Part shown: positions 50,995 to 54,689 of the stretch, piece by piece
Position numbering within the stretch: the stretch's first letter is position 1
How the letters are laid out: each line of letters starts with the position of its first letter
Assembly (NCBI GenBank): GCA_009925925.1
Contig: RFQA01000001.1
Coordinates: 1 to 54,689, forward strand
DNA from: Betaproteobacteria bacterium
GTDB lineage: Bacteria; Pseudomonadota; Gammaproteobacteria; Burkholderiales; Burkholderiaceae_C
Direction: 5' to 3'
Length of the DNA stretch: 54,689 bases
Notes under the pieces: model-generated
Databases searched by the model: none
The model's input: only the letters and a program-made list of their open reading frames with translations
Told to the model about the DNA's origin: nothing
Translations under genes and position numbers: made by a program

Positions 50995-51809
50995 CTAACT
51001 GGGCTGAAAAATTCCGCATGACCGGCGTGTACCTCTTCCTCGGGGTCATGGCCTTCCTGTCGCTGTTCCCATTTGCATGGATGGTCATCAGCGCTACTAA
51101 CGCATCGGTCGATGTCACCAAAGGCAAATTTTCATTTGGCGGCGCACTGCTGGGAAATCTGGAGAAGCTCAACAAAACCTTCGACATGGTGCAGATTTTC
51201 TGGAACTCAGGAAAAATCGCGCTCGTCGGTGGATTTGTCACCCTGATGATCTCCTCGATGGCGGGCTACGGCTTTGAAGTCTTTAGCTCCAAAGCCCGTG
51301 AGCGCGTCTACAACGGCCTGCTGCTTACGTTGATGATCCCTTTCGCTGCGTTGATGATCCCACTGTTCATCCTGATGGCGCAATTTGATCTGCTGGACAC
51401 CCATATGGGGGTGATCCTGCCCACACTGGCTTCTGCGTACATCATTTTTTACTTCCGGCAAAGTACCAAGGCTTTCCCGTCCGAGCTGCGAGAAGCCGCG
51501 CGCCTGGACGGTCTCAAGGAATGGCAGATCTTCCTGTTCGTTTACGTGCCGGTGATGCGCTCTACGTACGCAGCGGCCTTTGTGATCATTTTCATGACGG
51601 CCTGGAACAACTTCCTCTGGCCCCTGATCGTTTTGCAGTCCAACGAACTCAAGACCATTACCCTGGTGTTGTCCTCCTTGGGGTCGGCCTACTTTCCTGA
51701 CTTCGGCGTAATCATGGTGGCGGCTGTGCTGGCCACATTGCCCACCCTGGTCGTCTTCTTCGCAATGCAACGGCAGTTCGTACAGGGCATGCTGGGCTCC
51801 GTCAAATAA
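50991..51809 (+). CDS. lacG: Sugar ABC transporter permease
   Basis: EAARLDG, WNNFLWPL, QRQFVQG. Confidence 0.82.
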   Translation: MTNWAEKFRMTGVYLFLGVMAFLSLFPFAWMVISATNASVDVTKGKFSFGGALLGNLEKLNKTFDMVQIFWNSGKIALVGGFVTLMISSMAGYGFEVFSSKARERVYNGLLLTLMIPFAALMIPLFILMAQFDLLDTHMGVILPTLASAYIIFYFRQSTKAFPSELREAARLDGLKEWQIFLFVYVPVMRSTYAAAFVIIFMTAWNNFLWPLIVLQSNELKTITLVLSSLGSAYFPDFGVIMVAAVLATLPTLVVFFAMQRQFVQGMLGSVK

Positions 51810-51819
51810 GGCTTTTCAC

Positions 51820-54066
51820 ATGCGTACCGTTACCAAGCTCGTCTCGGGCTGGACCTTTCACACCTCTTTTTCGTCTGAGCTCATCGCAAAGGCCGCTGCC
51901 GGTGAGGCCGTTCGGCTGCCGCACAACGCCGTTGACCTGGACATGACCTACTTCGACGAACGCGCTTTCCAAAAGGAATTTGCCTACCAGTACACCCTGG
52001 CTTGGCAGCCCGCATTTGCCGGCCGCGAAGTGGCCCTGCGCTTTGACGGCGCCATGGCCAACAGCGTGGTCTGGGTCAACGGCCAGCAAGTAGCGGCCCA
52101 CAAAGACGGCTACACACCTTTTTGCGCCCGCCTAACTGGCTTGCTGAAAGAAGGCGACAACCTCATCACCGTGAAGGTGGACGGCAGCGAGAACCCCGAG
52201 ATTCCCCCCTTCGGCGGCCAGATCGACTACCTGACCTACGCCGGCATCTACCGCGATGTGTGGCTGCAAGTGAACGACGCCGTGTCGATTGCAAACATCA
52301 AGGTCGAAACCGCTAACGAACTGAGCGACGCCAAGGGCCTCACCGTCAAAGGCTTTCTGGCCAACCCCACGCAGGCGGCCTTCACCGGCACCGCACTGGT
52401 GGAGCTGTGCAGTGTGGATGGCGCCGTGCTGCACCAGCAAACCGTGGATGTGTCTGGCGCAGAGTTCAGCGCCTCGTTTGAGTCACTGGCCGGCCTCGCG
52501 CTGTGGGAGCTGGACAGCCCTGTGCTGTATGGGGCCCGCGTCACGCTGAACACCAGCGCCGGCAGCGACCAGCACAGCACCCGCTTTGGCTTTCGCACTG
52601 CGCGCTTCACCACCGAGGGCTTTTTCCTCAACGGCAAGCCGCTCAAGATCCGCGGCCTCAACCGCCACCAGAGCTTCCCCTACGTGGGCTACGCCATGGG
52701 CCAGCGTGCCCAAGCCAAAGACGCCGACGTCATGAAAGACGTGCTCAAGTGCAACCTGGTTCGCACCTCGCACTATCCGCAGTCCACTTACTTTCTGGAC
52801 CGTTGCGACGAGATTGGCCTCCTGGTGTTTGAAGAAATCCCCGGCTGGCAGCACATCGGTGGCCAGGCTTGGCAGGACGAGTCGGTGGAGAACGTGCGCC
52901 GCATGGTCGAGCGCGACTGGAACCACCCCTCCATCATCATCTGGGGCGTGCGCATCAACGAGTCGCAAGACAACCACGACTTCTACACCCGCACCAACGC
53001 GATGGCCCGCAGCCTGGACAGCACCCGCCAGACCGGCGGCGTGCGCTACATCGAGAACAGCGAGCTGCTGGAAGACGTGTACACCGTGAACGACTTCTGC
53101 CACGTGGCCCCCCCAGAGTGGATGAAGGGCATTGCCCCCACCCCGCTGCGCCAGCCCCGTCAGGTGACCGGCTTGGCCCACGAGGTGCCGTACCTGGTGA
53201 CCGAGTTCAACGGCCACATGTACCCCACCAAGCGCATTGACCCGGAAGACCGCCAGGCCGAGCATGTGCGCCGGCATCTGGATGTGCTGAACAAGGCGTA
53301 CGAAAACCCGGTCATCAGCGGCGCCATCGGCTGGTGCATGTTTGACTACAACACCCACAAAGACTTCGGCGCGGGCGACCGCATCTGCCACCACGGCGTG
53401 ATGGACATCTTCCGCGAACCCAAGTTCGCCGCCTGGGGCTACACCAGCCAGTGCAGCCCTGCCGAGCAAGTGGTGCTGCAACCCGTAACTTACTGGGCCC
53501 GGGGCGAGAAAGACCGCTGCGAGGTACTGCCCCTGATCGTGCTCACCAACTGCGACTACGTGGAACTGCAAGTGGGCGACTTTGCACCCAAGCGCGCCGA
53601 GCCTGACCGCGAGCGCTACCCGCACCTGCCGCATGCGCCGGTCATCTTTGACAGCCGCCACGTCAACATGAACGACCTGGGCGCCTGGGGCATGCTGTGG
53701 CGCGATGCCACAGTAACCGGCTATGTCAACGGCAAGGCGGTTTCCACCATCAAGCTTTCGGGCAACCCGGTGCCCACCACGTTGCAAGTGCAGGTGGACG
53801 ACACGCAATTGCAAGCCCATGAGAAAGACGCCACCCGCGTCATCGTGCGCGCGCTGGACCAAGCCGGTCGCCTGCTGCCGTTTATGGACGACGTGGTGCA
53901 TGTGCAAGTAACCGGCGCAGCCAAGCTGCTAGGCCCCAACCTGCTCACCCTCAAGGGCGGCACCACCGGCTTCTGGCTGGAAACCACCGGCGCGGTGGGT
54001 GACATCAGCTTGTGCGTATCCACCCGCCGCATGGGCGAGCAGCGCTTGACGCTGCACGCCGCCTAA
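51820..54066 (+). CDS. lacZ: Beta-galactosidase, GH2
   Basis: GYTPF, GIYRDV, GLNRHQ, RTSHYP, NHPSII.W...NE acid/base, TEF nucleophile, WCMFDY. Confidence 0.9.
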   Translation: MRTVTKLVSGWTFHTSFSSELIAKAAAGEAVRLPHNAVDLDMTYFDERAFQKEFAYQYTLAWQPAFAGREVALRFDGAMANSVVWVNGQQVAAHKDGYTPFCARLTGLLKEGDNLITVKVDGSENPEIPPFGGQIDYLTYAGIYRDVWLQVNDAVSIANIKVETANELSDAKGLTVKGFLANPTQAAFTGTALVELCSVDGAVLHQQTVDVSGAEFSASFESLAGLALWELDSPVLYGARVTLNTSAGSDQHSTRFGFRTARFTTEGFFLNGKPLKIRGLNRHQSFPYVGYAMGQRAQAKDADVMKDVLKCNLVRTSHYPQSTYFLDRCDEIGLLVFEEIPGWQHIGGQAWQDESVENVRRMVERDWNHPSIIIWGVRINESQDNHDFYTRTNAMARSLDSTRQTGGVRYIENSELLEDVYTVNDFCHVAPPEWMKGIAPTPLRQPRQVTGLAHEVPYLVTEFNGHMYPTKRIDPEDRQAEHVRRHLDVLNKAYENPVISGAIGWCMFDYNTHKDFGAGDRICHHGVMDIFREPKFAAWGYTSQCSPAEQVVLQPVTYWARGEKDRCEVLPLIVLTNCDYVELQVGDFAPKRAEPDRERYPHLPHAPVIFDSRHVNMNDLGAWGMLWRDATVTGYVNGKAVSTIKLSGNPVPTTLQVQVDDTQLQAHEKDATRVIVRALDQAGRLLPFMDDVVHVQVTGAAKLLGPNLLTLKGGTTGFWLETTGAVGDISLCVSTRRMGEQRLTLHAA

Positions 54067-54092
54067 ACAACCGAGTCGACGAGGAATAGAAC

Positions 54093-54689
54093 ATGGCAGA
54101 CGTCAAACTCACCCAGGTCCGCAAATCATTCGGCGAGATCGACATCATCCGGGGCGTGGACCTCGACATCAAACACGGCGAATTCGTGGTGTTCGTGGGT
54201 CCCTCGGGCTGCGGCAAGTCCACGCTGTTGCGCGCCATCTCGGGCCTGGAAGACATCACCAGCGGCGAGCTGCGCATCGGCGACCAGGTCATGAACCATG
54301 TGGACCCGTCCAAGCGCGGCATTGCCATGGTGTTCCAGAGCTACGCGCTCTACCCCCACATGACGGTGCGCGAGAACATGGGCTTTGCCCTCAAGCACGC
54401 CGGTGTTCCCAAGGCCGAAGTGGCCACCAAGGTAGACGCTGCGGCCAAGATTCTGGGCCTCGAGCCCCTGATGGACCGCAAGCCCAAAGCTCTGTCGGGC
54501 GGGCAGCGCCAGCGCGTGGCCATTGGTCGTGCCATCGTGCGCGATCCACAAGTGTTCTTGTTTGACGAGCCGCTCTCCAACCTCGACGCCGAGCTGCGCG
54601 TGCACATGCGCATCGAGATTGCGCGCCTGCACCGCGAGCTGGGCAGCACCATCATTTATGTGACGCACGACCAGGTGGAGGCCATGACC
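54093..54689 (+). CDS. lacK: Sugar ABC transporter ATP-binding protein (3'-truncated by window edge)
   Basis: Manual translation [14 protein letters not shown]...GPSGCGKST...LSGGQRQR...FDEPLSNLD...[11 protein letters not shown]; GAGGA RBS. Confidence 0.9.
   Translation, partial: MADVKLTQVRKSFGEIDIIRGVDLDIKHGEFVVFVGPSGCGKSTLLRAISGLEDITSGELRIGDQVMNHVDPSKRGIAMVFQSYALYPHMTVRENMGFALKHAGVPKAEVATKVDAAAKILGLEPLMDRKPKALSGGQRQRVAIGRAIVRDPQVFLFDEPLSNLDAELRVHMRIEIARLHRELGSTIIYVTHDQVEAMT

Overview
GC-rich betaproteobacterial chromosome segment; gene content and order suggest Comamonadaceae (Rhodoferax-like, inferred). It contains the mnmE-yidC-yidD-rnpA-rpmH / dnaA-dnaN-gyrB block. Most of it is housekeeping: rubrerythrin-rubredoxin-reductase, maeB, ribonuclease/barstar, lptD-surA-rsmA, amgK-rsmE, metXW behind a SAM-II riboswitch, amt, kdsD-kdsC-lptC and apt. 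Accessory systems are a bufferin-type (DUF2282/DUF692/DUF2063/DoxX) cluster with its own ECF sigma/anti-sigma pair, a four-gene Zorya type III-like anti-phage operon whose first start codon overlaps the gyrB stop, and a rhizobial-type lacEFGZK operon with two identical operators. Signals the gene list does not explain: (1) ten copies of a ~55-bp fixed-spacing motif (GCTAY-N7-RKAGC-N5-RCGC-N13-GCY, AT-rich tail), five intergenic and five written in-frame into genes (rsmA, metX, DUF2063, mnmE, yidC); (2) a palindromic in-frame insertion inside the AmgK catalytic core; (3) a coding-like -1 frame after barstar ending in an ssrA-like LAAA; (4) frameshifting internal deletions in maeB and amt that may be assembly artefacts. 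Family assignments come from motif recognition only; no searches were run.
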